Shown in pieces: positions 28,409-38,265 of a stretch of 64,000 bases of DNA. The translations under genes were made by a program, and so were the position numbers. This stretch comes from an uncultured bacterium (GTDB lineage Bacteria > Margulisbacteria > WOR-1 > JAKLHX01). The stretch spans positions 8,428 to 72,427 of the forward strand of contig CAZRTO010000001.1 in NCBI GenBank assembly GCA_964603025.1. The letters run 5' to 3'. Within the stretch, counting starts at the first letter, position 1. Each line of letters begins with the position of its first letter. The notes under the pieces are model-generated. The model was not told where the DNA came from. It did no database searches and was given only the letters and a program-made list of their open reading frames with translations.

Positions 28409-30577
28409 TCATTTGACATATGAGACCCTGTAGACATCGTAAACATCCGAAAGCTTGCGTATGGCCGCCATGATCTGCTTGAGATGATCGACACTGGTGA
28501 CATCAATGACTATATTGATAAGGGCCGTCGAGCCGCGCGCGGTCTTGACCTCAACGGCATCAATATTGGTCCTGGTCTCGGATATCTGGGCCATCACGTC
28601 CTTTAAAAGCCCCACCCGGTCAAAAGCCTCTACATCTATTCCGACCGGATAGGTCTCGACACCGTCACTGTCCCATTCTATTTTCACCAGATTGAGGTTC
28701 TGCTCGTTTTCCTTTGCGACATTGGGACAATCGGCCCTGTGCACCGATACTCCGCGACCCTTGGTGACAAATCCGACTATCTCATCGCCCGGAAGCGGAT
28801 AACAACACTTGGAAAGTCTGGTCAGGATATTTTCCATCCCCACGACCCTGACACCGCCCCGATGCTTCTTTGCCTTCTGCTGCAGGCTTTTGGCTTTTGC
28901 GGTCTCCTGTTCGTGAGGTGTGAGCACTTTCTCCTGTTCAAGGGTCTTTCTTATAAGCCGAACGGCCTGGGAAAAGCTTAATTCCCCGCTTCCTATCAGC
29001 GCGCAAAGATCGTCAAAAGAGTCCGCCCCGGCCTGCGCGAGAAAGCCGTCGGGACTTATTTTTGATATCGTTTCGCCCATATCGAGGCCGAACCTGTCAA
29101 ATTCCTCTTCGAGCATCATCCGCCCCCTGGCTATATGCTCTTCCCTCTTTTCTTTCTTGAACCACTGCTTTATCTTGTTCCTTGTGCCGGAAGTGCGCAC
29201 AAATTTAAGCCAGTCTATCCTGGGCGATTCTTTGGAAGAAGTGAGTATCTGCACTATGTCCCCGTTGTTGAGGGTATAGTCAAGAGGGACTATATGTCCG
29301 TTCACCTTTGCGCCCACGCACTTGTGCCCGACTGCAGTATGCACATGGTATGCAAAATCCACGGGTGTGGACCCGACCGGAAGGTCGTACACATCCCCCT
29401 TGGGCGAGTAGACAAAGACCTCGTCCATAAAAAAATCTATTTTTACGTTCTCCAGGAAATCCTTGGCGCTCTTTACCTCTTTTTGATAGTCCAGCATCTC
29501 CCTTATCCAGGAAAGCTTTTTATCGAATGTCTCGTCGCTTGAAGCCCCTTCCTTATATTTCCAGTGGGCAGCTATGCCGTACTCGGCCATCCGATGCATC
29601 TGCTTGGTCCTTATCTGTATCTCCACCGGCTTGCCGCTGCCCCCCATTACGGTGGTATGCAACGTCTGATAGCCGTTGGGTTTTGGCAGGGCTATGAAAT
29701 CCCTGAACCTGCCCGGTACGGGCTTCCACATGGAGTGAACTATGCCCAGCACCGCATAGCAATCCTTTATGCTTTCCACGATCACTCTTATGGCGATAAG
29801 GTCGTAGATATCATCAAATTCCACGTTCTTTTGAACTAGTTTGTTGTATATGCTGTAAAAATGTTTAGAACGCCCTGTTATCTGGGTGGCTATGCCGACT
29901 TTTGTGAGCGCGTCCCTTACCTTGTCTATGAACTCAGAGATATATCTTTCGCGCTCCTCCTTTTTTTCGGCCACGAGCTCCTTTATCTTCAGGTATTGAT
30001 CAGGCTCAAGGTAATAAAAAGCAAGGTCTTCAAGCTCCCACTTAAGCTTCCACATGCCCAGCCTGTGGGCCAGCGGAGCATAGATCTCCATGGTCTCTTT
30101 TGCGACATCCTTTTGCCTGTCCGGAGGAAGATATATGAGAGTCTGCATATTGTGCAGCCTGTCGGCGAGCTTTATAAGTATTATTCTCAGGTCCTGCGCC
30201 ATGGCGACGAACATCTTCCTGAAGTTCTCCGCCTGGCGTTCTTCCTTGGTCTCGAAGGACAGCTTTCCCAGCTTGGTGACGCCCATCACAAGCCTGCGCA
30301 CCTGTTCCCCGAACTCCTGCCTTATTAGCTCCTCGGAAACGTGGCCGTCCTCTACCGCATCGTGCAACAATGCCGCCACTATGGAGTGAGTGTCCTGCTC
30401 AAGATCGGCAAGTATCTCCGCGACGGCGATAGGATGAGTGATGAACGGTTCGCCAGAAAGCCTGCTCTGCCCTTCGTGGGCGGCTGAAGCGAAATCAGCC
30501 GCTTTTTTGACAATTTCTAAATCGGCCTGAGGATCGTACTTTATTATCTTTTCAACAAGGTTTTCTGTCTGGACCAT
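28409..30577 (-). CDS. rel: bifunctional (p)ppGpp synthetase/hydrolase Rel/SpoT
   Basis: 722 aa. HD, synthetase, TGS and ACT domains in order. Confidence 0.9.
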   Translation of the reverse strand: MVQTENLVEKIIKYDPQADLEIVKKAADFASAAHEGQSRLSGEPFITHPIAVAEILADLEQDTHSIVAALLHDAVEDGHVSEELIRQEFGEQVRRLVMGVTKLGKLSFETKEERQAENFRKMFVAMAQDLRIILIKLADRLHNMQTLIYLPPDRQKDVAKETMEIYAPLAHRLGMWKLKWELEDLAFYYLEPDQYLKIKELVAEKKEERERYISEFIDKVRDALTKVGIATQITGRSKHFYSIYNKLVQKNVEFDDIYDLIAIRVIVESIKDCYAVLGIVHSMWKPVPGRFRDFIALPKPNGYQTLHTTVMGGSGKPVEIQIRTKQMHRMAEYGIAAHWKYKEGASSDETFDKKLSWIREMLDYQKEVKSAKDFLENVKIDFFMDEVFVYSPKGDVYDLPVGSTPVDFAYHVHTAVGHKCVGAKVNGHIVPLDYTLNNGDIVQILTSSKESPRIDWLKFVRTSGTRNKIKQWFKKEKREEHIARGRMMLEEEFDRFGLDMGETISKISPDGFLAQAGADSFDDLCALIGSGELSFSQAVRLIRKTLEQEKVLTPHEQETAKAKSLQQKAKKHRGGVRVVGMENILTRLSKCCYPLPGDEIVGFVTKGRGVSVHRADCPNVAKENEQNLNLVKIEWDSDGVETYPVGIDVEAFDRVGLLKDVMAQISETRTNIDAVEVKTARGSTALINIVIDVTSVDHLKQIMAAIRKLSDVYDVYRVSYVK

Positions 30578-30586
30578 TTAAAATGT

Positions 30587-31285
30587 TCACATCCCTCGCC
30601 GGGAAAAACCGCCGGTCCTTCTCCCCATAACGCCTATCCCCGGCGGGATCGCGCTCCTTTTTCTATGGTCATAGCGGTTCTGCGAGGAATGGGAAGAACT
30701 GGATGAATGCTGGGACTGCGACTGTCTGGATCCGACAAGTTTTGAGGCAAGCCAGATCTTCGAGGACATTTCTATGCTTGTCATGACCTCCAGGGCTTCT
30801 TCTATGGTGGCCGCGGCGGCGAACACACCGTAACCTTTTATGACGGCAGCATAAGGATTGGCGGACAAGGATGAAGACATCACTGACTTTAAGATCTCCG
30901 ACTGGTCGCCGATCTGGCGCGGCTTGATGATCGAAAGCCCCTGGGGAAAGAATGCCTGCCCTTTTGAATCCTGCGGCAGGATCTTGTTCTCGGTAACGCA
31001 GAGCGCCAGGGCATTTGGCAGGTGGGCATGCACCACTGCAGAGTGTCTCGAAGCGGCGTATATCGCCCTATGTACCGGAAGGTCCCGGGACGCGATACCG
31101 TCCGAAGGGGAGGTGCCTTCCAGAGGAACTTCCAGCAGGTCCTCCTTATTAAGGCTTGAGAGCATCGCCAGCCTTGAGGTTATTATAATGCCGCCTTCCT
31201 GCCTTACGCTGATATTTCCGCTGTGGGAATCGTTGCAGCCGCTCGCGAACAGGATCTCTCCGGTCTTTTTGAACCTTTCGAACAT
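30587..31285 (-). CDS. class II aldolase/adducin-family protein (with unusual Ser/Gln/His-rich C-terminal tail)
   Basis: 232 aa. Zn-binding HAH motif on a class II aldolase scaffold, plus a ~45-aa low-complexity tail. Confidence 0.75.
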   Translation of the reverse strand: MFERFKKTGEILFASGCNDSHSGNISVRQEGGIIITSRLAMLSSLNKEDLLEVPLEGTSPSDGIASRDLPVHRAIYAASRHSAVVHAHLPNALALCVTENKILPQDSKGQAFFPQGLSIIKPRQIGDQSEILKSVMSSSLSANPYAAVIKGYGVFAAAATIEEALEVMTSIEMSSKIWLASKLVGSRQSQSQHSSSSSHSSQNRYDHRKRSAIPPGIGVMGRRTGGFSRRGM

Positions 31286-31290
31286 GTCAG

Positions 31291-32226
31291 TTACTCCTTC
31301 CCCGGGAACAGATTATTTTCAAGACCGCCGAAACTCGCACATTGCCGTATATGGGAATACCTTGCTATTATCTCGTCTTTTGTGAGCGTTCTCATCCTCT
31401 CAAGAGAGAAATCCTCGACATTGAAAGAGGCCATAACACAGCCGACGATGACCGCTTTTCTCAGGCTTTCCTCGTCGGCTTTTGCAACGGCTGAGAGATA
31501 TCCGATAAAACCTCCGGCAAAAGTGTCGCCCGCGCCAGTGGGATCGGTCAAAAGGTCCTGAGGGAATGACGGCGCGGAAAAACTGGAACCTTTGGAAAAA
31601 AGTAGGGCTCCATGCTCCCCTTTTTTGATTATAACATAACGGCAGCCCATTCCCAGTATCAGCGAGGCGGCCTTTATAAGGTTGGGGTCGTCCGAAATTT
31701 GCCTGGCCTCCATTTCGTTGAGTATCATCACATCAAGCCTTGGGATCAGCTTTAAAAGAGTATCTTTTTTATTCTCTATCCAATAGTTCATTGTATCGGC
31801 TGCTATCATGCTCGGCTTATCAAGCTGTTCTATTATGTGCATCTGTATGTCAGGATCGAGATTGGCCAAAAGCACATGGGAACACGATCTGTGGGCAGGA
31901 CTTAATTTCGGGTCGAATTCCGAGAGCACGTTGAGGTCGGTCCTGACGGTATGCGCGGTGTTCATGTCATATTCGTAAAAACCTTCCCAGTGGAAAGTTT
32001 TGCCTTCCTTTACTTCCAGCCCCGAAAGTCCTATGCCGCGGGACCTTAGAAAATCGGAATGCTCGGCAGGAAAATCACGGCCTACCGCTCCCAGCAGTTC
32101 TACAGGGGCAAAAAAGCTGGCCGATACGCCGGCATGGACGGCGGAACCTCCCAGGGCCATCTTTCTCCGGCCGAACGGGGTCTTAAGATCGTCAAGAGCC
32201 ATTGAGCCTGCTACAAGAACGCTCAT
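31291..32226 (-). CDS. PfkB-family carbohydrate/nucleoside kinase
   Basis: DPTGAGDTF motif on a ribokinase-like fold. Start at MSVLVAG (ATG at 32226), immediately after the proS stop. Confidence 0.8.
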   Translation of the reverse strand: MSVLVAGSMALDDLKTPFGRRKMALGGSAVHAGVSASFFAPVELLGAVGRDFPAEHSDFLRSRGIGLSGLEVKEGKTFHWEGFYEYDMNTAHTVRTDLNVLSEFDPKLSPAHRSCSHVLLANLDPDIQMHIIEQLDKPSMIAADTMNYWIENKKDTLLKLIPRLDVMILNEMEARQISDDPNLIKAASLILGMGCRYVIIKKGEHGALLFSKGSSFSAPSFPQDLLTDPTGAGDTFAGGFIGYLSAVAKADEESLRKAVIVGCVMASFNVEDFSLERMRTLTKDEIIARYSHIRQCASFGGLENNLFPGKE

Positions 32227-32227
32227 A

Positions 32228-33502
32228 TCAGAGGGCTTTCCTGCCAAAATAAGGTTTGAGTATCTCAAGGTCCTTAACCGCATCAGGCGGGATCAATAGT
32301 TTTTCCCCGGACCCGCGGAAAGAGACCTCCACCTTGCCTTCGGCAAGGGTTTTGCCCAGGACCACTTTTACCGGGATGCCTATCAGATCGATGTCCTTGA
32401 ATTTGACGCCCGCCCGTTCATCCCTGTCATCCAAAAGGACCTCAAGCCCAGACCTCTCAAGCTCCTCATAAAGTTGACCGGCGGTCTTTGACTGTAGAGG
32501 ATCGGACATGTTCACTGGCACGAGAGCGAGCTTGAAAGGGGCTATCTGTATAGGCCATATCATTCCGCTTTGATCATGGTTCTGCTCTATGGCGGCCGAA
32601 GCCGTCCTGCCGACACCTATGCCGTAGCATCCCATGACGTAGGGTTTTCTGGTCCCGGTCTCGTCCAAATACTCCGCGGACATGGAAGAGGAATATTTTT
32701 CTCCGAGCTGGAATATGTGCCCCACCTCTATGCCGCGCTCAATCTTTAAGACGCCGCCGCTGCACTTGGGGCAGGAATTATCCGTTTCTATGCGCGAAAG
32801 CTCTTTGGAAACGGCGTACGGACAATCGGTACAGTAGACTATCTCATCCTCTCCGGTCTGTGCAGTCACCATATATTCTTGTGAGAATCCTCCTCCTATG
32901 GCACCCGGATCAGCGTCCACCACCCGGTATTTAAGTCCGCAGCTGTCAAATATACGACTGTACGCCGCCGCCATCTTTTCATAGCTCTTCTTCAACCCGG
33001 CTGAGTCCCGGTCAAAGCTGTAACAATCCTTCATAATGAACTCCCGGCCGCGCATCAGGCCGAATCTGGGCCTGATCTCATCCCTGAACTTGGTCTGTAT
33101 CTGATACAGCATCAAAGGAAGCTCTTTGTACGATGAAACGTTGTTCCTCACCAGGTCGGTTATGACCTCTTCGTGCGTCGGCCCAAGGCAAAAGTCGCGT
33201 TCATGCCTGTCTTTCATCCTGAGGAGTTCCTTGCCGTAAACATCCCAGCGCCCGGTCTGTTTCCAAAGCTCGGCCGGCTGCACCGAAGGAAGAAGGACTT
33301 CCTGCGCGCCAGCCGCATCCATCTCCCTTCTTATTATGTTCTCGACGTTCCTTATCACCCTCCATCCGAGCGGAAGATAGGAGTAAATGCCCGCCGCCAG
33401 TTTTCGTATATATCCGCCGCGCAGCATCAGTTTATGGCTGATCACTTCGGCTTCGGAAGGATCATCCCTCAGTGTCGGGACAAGCAGTGCCGTCATTTTC
33501 AT
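32228..33502 (-). CDS. proS: proline--tRNA ligase (bacterial type lacking INS editing domain; Cys4 insertion)
   Basis: Start at [14 protein letters not shown] (ATG at 33502, RBS AGGAG). Class II aaRS motifs 1 to 3, the sequence CTDCPYAVS...CPKCSG where the INS domain would normally sit, and a C-terminal anticodon-binding domain. Confidence 0.9.
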   Translation of the reverse strand: MKMTALLVPTLRDDPSEAEVISHKLMLRGGYIRKLAAGIYSYLPLGWRVIRNVENIIRREMDAAGAQEVLLPSVQPAELWKQTGRWDVYGKELLRMKDRHERDFCLGPTHEEVITDLVRNNVSSYKELPLMLYQIQTKFRDEIRPRFGLMRGREFIMKDCYSFDRDSAGLKKSYEKMAAAYSRIFDSCGLKYRVVDADPGAIGGGFSQEYMVTAQTGEDEIVYCTDCPYAVSKELSRIETDNSCPKCSGGVLKIERGIEVGHIFQLGEKYSSSMSAEYLDETGTRKPYVMGCYGIGVGRTASAAIEQNHDQSGMIWPIQIAPFKLALVPVNMSDPLQSKTAGQLYEELERSGLEVLLDDRDERAGVKFKDIDLIGIPVKVVLGKTLAEGKVEVSFRGSGEKLLIPPDAVKDLEILKPYFGRKAL

Positions 33503-33518
33503 GGCAATTCTCCTGGTT

Positions 33519-35567
33519 CTACACGGGTATTTTTGAAAGGTCCGCGTATTGTTCAAAAAGGTCCCTTATCTGCGACAGAAGCGCCAGCCTGTTCCTCTTT
33601 AGGCCTGGGTCTTCGTGCATGACAAGGACCTTCTCAAAAAATACAGCCAGCGGCCCGGCGATCGGCGCCAGCTCTTTGAGGGCGGCGGCGTGTTCAAGCG
33701 CATCGGCTTTTGACCGGAAAGCGTCCTTAACGGACAAATAAGAGGCGTACAGCTTTTTTTCTTCGTCTTCAACGAACATTGAAGGATCCGCAGGAGAAAG
33801 AGCTTCCCTGGGACAGATCCTCTTAACCCTGTCCGCGGATACGGCAACATCCCTGAGCCACCCCTGGGACAGCGCGTTCTTTATTTCAAAAGCCCTGCAA
33901 TATGAGTCGGTAAATATATCGGCGCTGGCGAGCACGGATTCGGCTATCTCCCGCCCGGAGCCGTCGTTCTCGAGCACCGCCCTGAACCTCTGAAGGATGA
34001 AATCCGAGGCTTTTTCTCTGAGAGAAGGCTCTCCGCCGGACAGCTCGAAGGCCTTTTCCAGCACGCGTGAAAGAGAGAGCCTCATATTGCCGCCGAGCAT
34101 GATGGCCACGATCCCCTGGGCGCTCCTTCTAAGCGCGTATGGATCCTCGGACCCGGTGGGAACTATGCCGGCAGAAAAACAGGAAGCTATCGTATCAAAA
34201 CGGTCGCTGAGCCCCAGGATGGCCCCCTCAATGCTGACCGGAAGCTCATCCCCGGCGAATGCCGGAAGATACTGTTCCATCAATGCAAGGGCTACGGCGG
34301 GATCCTCTCCAGCGGCCAGAGCGTAGCAACGCCCCATGACTCCCGCGAGAGACGGAAATTCGCCGACAAGATGGGTCGCGAGGTCGAACTTGGCAAGCTC
34401 CGCGGCCTTTCGGGCCTTCATAGCAACGGATCCGTCAGCGCCAAGCTGATCCGCTATAAAACCGCACAGCTCCCTCATCCGGAGCGTCTTGTCCATCATT
34501 GTGCCGGCTTTTTCCAGGTATGTTATCTTTTTGGTCTTTTCAACATAATGGGATACAGGGTGCTTTAGGTCCTCATCATAGAAAAATTTCGCGTCAGCGA
34601 GCCTGGCGTTCACCACCTGCTCATACCCGGCCGATATTTCCCGGAAATCGCGGCCGTCGGCAATAATAAAGAATGTATTGCTGCCCTGAACGGGAAAACA
34701 TTTCTGCTGTTTTTTTATCACGGTCGATATGACCTCCTGAGGGATGGCTCCGCACAGCTCTCTTTTATACATGCCCTTGAGGACGCGCGGGTCCTCGACC
34801 AGGTCCGACACTTCGGCGATCAGCTCCGGATCGGGCGAGAGCCCTTTTTCCCCGTGATCCAGAGCGCCGGCTATATTTTTCTCTATCATTTCTTTTCTTG
34901 TCCGGTTCTCGGCTATCACACCCAGACCTTTTAGGAATTTTTTATACTCCTCGACCGTTTTGCCACGGAATTTTGCCTTTTTGCCTTCCGATAACGCCCT
35001 GTGGGACGGGACATCCTCTCCGGAAACGATCCCCGCGGCCTCGCATGGGAGCGGTTTACCCCCGAAAAAAGCCGAGATGTAATGTATCGGTCTTATGAAA
35101 GAATGATCCCCCTTGCCCCATTTCATCGATATGGGCAGATACGCCGACGAGAGAAGCTCCGCGGCCGCGGTCTTTAGGACCTCCTCCGACGGGAGTCCTT
35201 TTTCATCTTTTATGGCGAAAACATATTCTACATTGTTCACTTTTTCAAGTATAAGTCCGTCCAAAGAGACCCCTTTGGACGCCGCAAAAGCCTGGGCCGT
35301 TTTTGTGGGGGTGCCATCCTTGGAAAAAGCCTTTTCCTTTGACGGGCCCTTTATCTTAAGCTGAGCATCCGGCTGCATTGCCGGAACATCCGTCGCGGAG
35401 ATTATTATCCTGCGCATGGTGCCGAACACTTCTATACGCCCTGATGTAAGGCGCTTTTGTGCAAGCAGTTTTTCCGCTTTGGCGGCGAGATCCGAGAACA
35501 TGGGCTGCAGGAACCTGGCGGGAATCTCTTCGGTGCCTATTTCAATTATAAGGTCCTTAAGCTGCAT
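33519..35567 (-). CDS. glyS: glycine--tRNA ligase beta subunit
   Basis: 682 aa. [17 protein letters not shown]-terminus and GlyS family length. Confidence 0.9.
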   Translation of the reverse strand: MQLKDLIIEIGTEEIPARFLQPMFSDLAAKAEKLLAQKRLTSGRIEVFGTMRRIIISATDVPAMQPDAQLKIKGPSKEKAFSKDGTPTKTAQAFAASKGVSLDGLILEKVNNVEYVFAIKDEKGLPSEEVLKTAAAELLSSAYLPISMKWGKGDHSFIRPIHYISAFFGGKPLPCEAAGIVSGEDVPSHRALSEGKKAKFRGKTVEEYKKFLKGLGVIAENRTRKEMIEKNIAGALDHGEKGLSPDPELIAEVSDLVEDPRVLKGMYKRELCGAIPQEVISTVIKKQQKCFPVQGSNTFFIIADGRDFREISAGYEQVVNARLADAKFFYDEDLKHPVSHYVEKTKKITYLEKAGTMMDKTLRMRELCGFIADQLGADGSVAMKARKAAELAKFDLATHLVGEFPSLAGVMGRCYALAAGEDPAVALALMEQYLPAFAGDELPVSIEGAILGLSDRFDTIASCFSAGIVPTGSEDPYALRRSAQGIVAIMLGGNMRLSLSRVLEKAFELSGGEPSLREKASDFILQRFRAVLENDGSGREIAESVLASADIFTDSYCRAFEIKNALSQGWLRDVAVSADRVKRICPREALSPADPSMFVEDEEKKLYASYLSVKDAFRSKADALEHAAALKELAPIAGPLAVFFEKVLVMHEDPGLKRNRLALLSQIRDLFEQYADLSKIPV

Positions 35568-35622
35568 CTTTTTGCTCCCAACAGAATATTATCACAATAC
35601 GGAATGGCTTTTTTCGCCCTTA

Positions 35623-36966
35623 TCAGTAAAATATGGACATAAGCTGGTCGAGCATATCCTCAAAGCCCACTTTTTCATAAGTGCCCTGCTTCAGGAAGTC
35701 GTTAACGGCGTCGATCTTTGCGATAGCTTCGTCTATTTTGGGGTTGCTTCCTTTTACATAAGCCCCTATGTTTATCAGGTCTTCCGCTTCGGAATATCTG
35801 GCCAGGACTTCCCTTAATTTGCCGGCCGCTTCTTTGTGTTCGTCAGAAACAAGGTTGGACATTATCCTGCTTACGCTCGGCAAGATGTCTATCGACGGGT
35901 AATGGTTCTTTGCGGCAAGGGCCCTGGAAAGTATGATGTGCCCGTCGAGTATGCTTCTAGACTGATCGGCGATCGGCTCGTTGAAATCGTCCCCTTCCAC
36001 TAGTATCGTATAAAAAGCCGTTATGGATCCTTTTTCGGAAGTACCGGACCGCTCCATCAGTTTTGGGAGCATCGCAAATACCGACGGGGTATATCCTCTG
36101 GTCGTCGGCGGCTCTCCCGAAGCAAGCCCCACGTCCCTTTGGGCGTAAGCGAACCTTGTCGTTGAATCCATCATAAAGATGACCTTCATGCCCTGGTCCC
36201 TGAAGTACTCCGCGATAGCCGTGGCTACAAAGGAAGCCTTTAACCTGATAAGAGGAGGCTGGTCCGAAGTGGCCACCACCACCACGGATTTTTGCAACCC
36301 TTCCTCTCCTAGAGACTCTTCGATAAAATCCCTCACTTCCCTGCCCCGCTCTCCGATGAGCGCGATAACGTTAACATCAGCCTCAGCGTTCCTTGCGATC
36401 ATGCCCATTAGGGTGGATTTGCCGACGCCTGAACCTGCGAATATCCCCATTCGCTGCCCGCGGCCTATGGTGAGCAATCCGTCTATGGCGCGGACGCCTA
36501 CCCTCAGGATCTCGGTTACTCTGGGACGCTTCACGGGATCCGGAGGGTCCGCATCCATGGGACGCTCTTCTTCCGACAAAAGAGGTCCCTTGTCATCTAT
36601 TGGTTGGCCAAGACCGTTAAGTACTCGCCCAAGCACCTGCTGGCCTACTTTTACTTTCAGGGGATGCCCGGCGGCAAGCACTTCCGAACCCGGGGATATT
36701 CCGGCGGTGGTACCCAAAGGCATGAGCAGAACGCGGCCTTCTTTAAAACCTACGACCTCCGCATAGGTCTGAGATTTTCCCTTTTCCACGCTGATAACAC
36801 AGAGGTCGCCGATGGACACTCCCTGCACCTGCGCCTCGAGTATAAGACCGACCACCTGAATGACCTTGCCTATGACCCTGACCGAATCAGCCTGTTCTAC
36901 CGCGCGGTGGTACTTCTCAAAGTCTATCGTAAATTCTTCGCTGGGAGCGGTTTCAGTCTGAATCAC
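35623..36966 (-). CDS. fliI: flagellum-specific ATP synthase FliI
   Basis: 447 aa. Walker A GSGVGKST on an F1/T3SS ATPase fold. Confidence 0.9.
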   Translation of the reverse strand: MIQTETAPSEEFTIDFEKYHRAVEQADSVRVIGKVIQVVGLILEAQVQGVSIGDLCVISVEKGKSQTYAEVVGFKEGRVLLMPLGTTAGISPGSEVLAAGHPLKVKVGQQVLGRVLNGLGQPIDDKGPLLSEEERPMDADPPDPVKRPRVTEILRVGVRAIDGLLTIGRGQRMGIFAGSGVGKSTLMGMIARNAEADVNVIALIGERGREVRDFIEESLGEEGLQKSVVVVATSDQPPLIRLKASFVATAIAEYFRDQGMKVIFMMDSTTRFAYAQRDVGLASGEPPTTRGYTPSVFAMLPKLMERSGTSEKGSITAFYTILVEGDDFNEPIADQSRSILDGHIILSRALAAKNHYPSIDILPSVSRIMSNLVSDEHKEAAGKLREVLARYSEAEDLINIGAYVKGSNPKIDEAIAKIDAVNDFLKQGTYEKVGFEDMLDQLMSIFY

Positions 36967-37720
36967 TGTCCTGCGCCTTCCCTATGGCCTGTTCGATAAG
37001 AGAAAGTTTTGTCGATATTCTGGCATCAACAAAGCCCAGATTTGTCTCTATTACGCATCCCCCCGGGTCCACCTGGCTGTCTTCCAATATGGAGAGGTTC
37101 TTTACTCCGTCAACTATCCCCGCGAGCCTGTCTTTGTAGTCCTTGATGGAATCAATGTCGTCTCGGTTGACCTTTACGATGACGGTCTCCCTGTCACTTA
37201 CCCTGTTTATAGCCTCGGCTACGATATTCATCACGACCTCTTTATTGGTGGACACTTCCGTCCTTATGATCTGTTCCGCTATTTTGAGGGCTAGTCTTGC
37301 TATCTCATTTTCGGAATCTTTTACGATCTTCTTCCTTTGCTTTATCGCGTCGTTCAGCGTCTCCATTGCCTGGTTTATTATGTCCGATATCTGCGACTGC
37401 CCTTCTCTCCTGCCTTCTTCCAGGCCTTCCTCCCTGGCAGATGCTCTGAGCGCTTCCGCTTCCGCCTGGGCGTTGGATATTATATCCTGAGACTCGGATT
37501 GCGCCTGTTCTATTATCTTTGAGGCTTTTTCGTACGAGGACTCGACCATATCTTCACCGCCGGACACGTCCTCCATGAGGCTGTCCTGATCGGGCTGAAC
37601 AATATCGTCTGCCGGCACGTCCTCCTGCTGTACATAGGAAACGGCCTGCGGCCTAGGAGAAGCATGCCCTACGTCAAGGTAGCCTTTCTCGATTATCTTG
37701 CTTTTCTTTATCAGTGCCAT
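36953..37720 (-). CDS. fliH: flagellar assembly protein FliH
   Basis: 255 aa. Charged coiled region [21 protein letters not shown] and a FliH C-terminal domain. Confidence 0.75.
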   Translation of the reverse strand: MALIKKSKIIEKGYLDVGHASPRPQAVSYVQQEDVPADDIVQPDQDSLMEDVSGGEDMVESSYEKASKIIEQAQSESQDIISNAQAEAEALRASAREEGLEEGRREGQSQISDIINQAMETLNDAIKQRKKIVKDSENEIARLALKIAEQIIRTEVSTNKEVVMNIVAEAINRVSDRETVIVKVNRDDIDSIKDYKDRLAGIVDGVKNLSILEDSQVDPGGCVIETNLGFVDARISTKLSLIEQAIGKAQDSDSD

Positions 37721-37722
37721 TA

Positions 37723-38265
37723 TCAGTTCAAAGCCATCCTTTCAAGCCTTCCGGAAAGTATCTTCACCACGGACTCTTTAACCTGCTCCCGGACCGGAGG
37801 GTTCTTGAGGGACTTGAGCATCCTCTCAAGATCGGACCTTCTTTCGGTCATAAAAGACAGGACTTCCTTGCGCTGCACTTCAGGCAACACGGAAAGCACG
37901 AAAGCTACCACCCAGACCCTTTCCGCCGAAAGGGCAGCGGCTATTTTTCTGGGCTGCGAATAAAAAAGTATGTCATACGGGCTCCTCGGTGATTCCTGGA
38001 CGGGAGCCTTATCCTGTGCGCCGGTCGGAGTATACGGTTTTTTCTCGGCGACCGGAGCGGCCTTTGCCGAAGGAAGCGTCATGAAGCCGGAAAATTCCTC
38101 AAGCACCGAGCTGATCAGCTCCGGGGACGGGGCCGGAAGATTGTTCATGCCTGATGTTATCGCATCGGACAGATCCTCCGGAAGGAACTTGAGTATCTCC
38201 GACGAGATCTCCGTTCCTAACAAAGAGAGAAGTATAGTGGCTTTTTGTCTTCCGGTGAGAACCAT
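37723..38265 (-). CDS. fliG: flagellar motor switch protein FliG, short form (N- and middle-domain only)
   Basis: 180 aa. FliG_N motif LTGRQKATILLSLLG. A FliG_M-like segment PRKIAAALSAERVWVVAFVLSVLPEVQRKEVLSFM. No C-terminal torque domain. The ORF is bounded tightly by the fliF stop and the fliH start. Confidence 0.65.
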   Translation of the reverse strand: MVLTGRQKATILLSLLGTEISSEILKFLPEDLSDAITSGMNNLPAPSPELISSVLEEFSGFMTLPSAKAAPVAEKKPYTPTGAQDKAPVQESPRSPYDILFYSQPRKIAAALSAERVWVVAFVLSVLPEVQRKEVLSFMTERRSDLERMLKSLKNPPVREQVKESVVKILSGRLERMALN

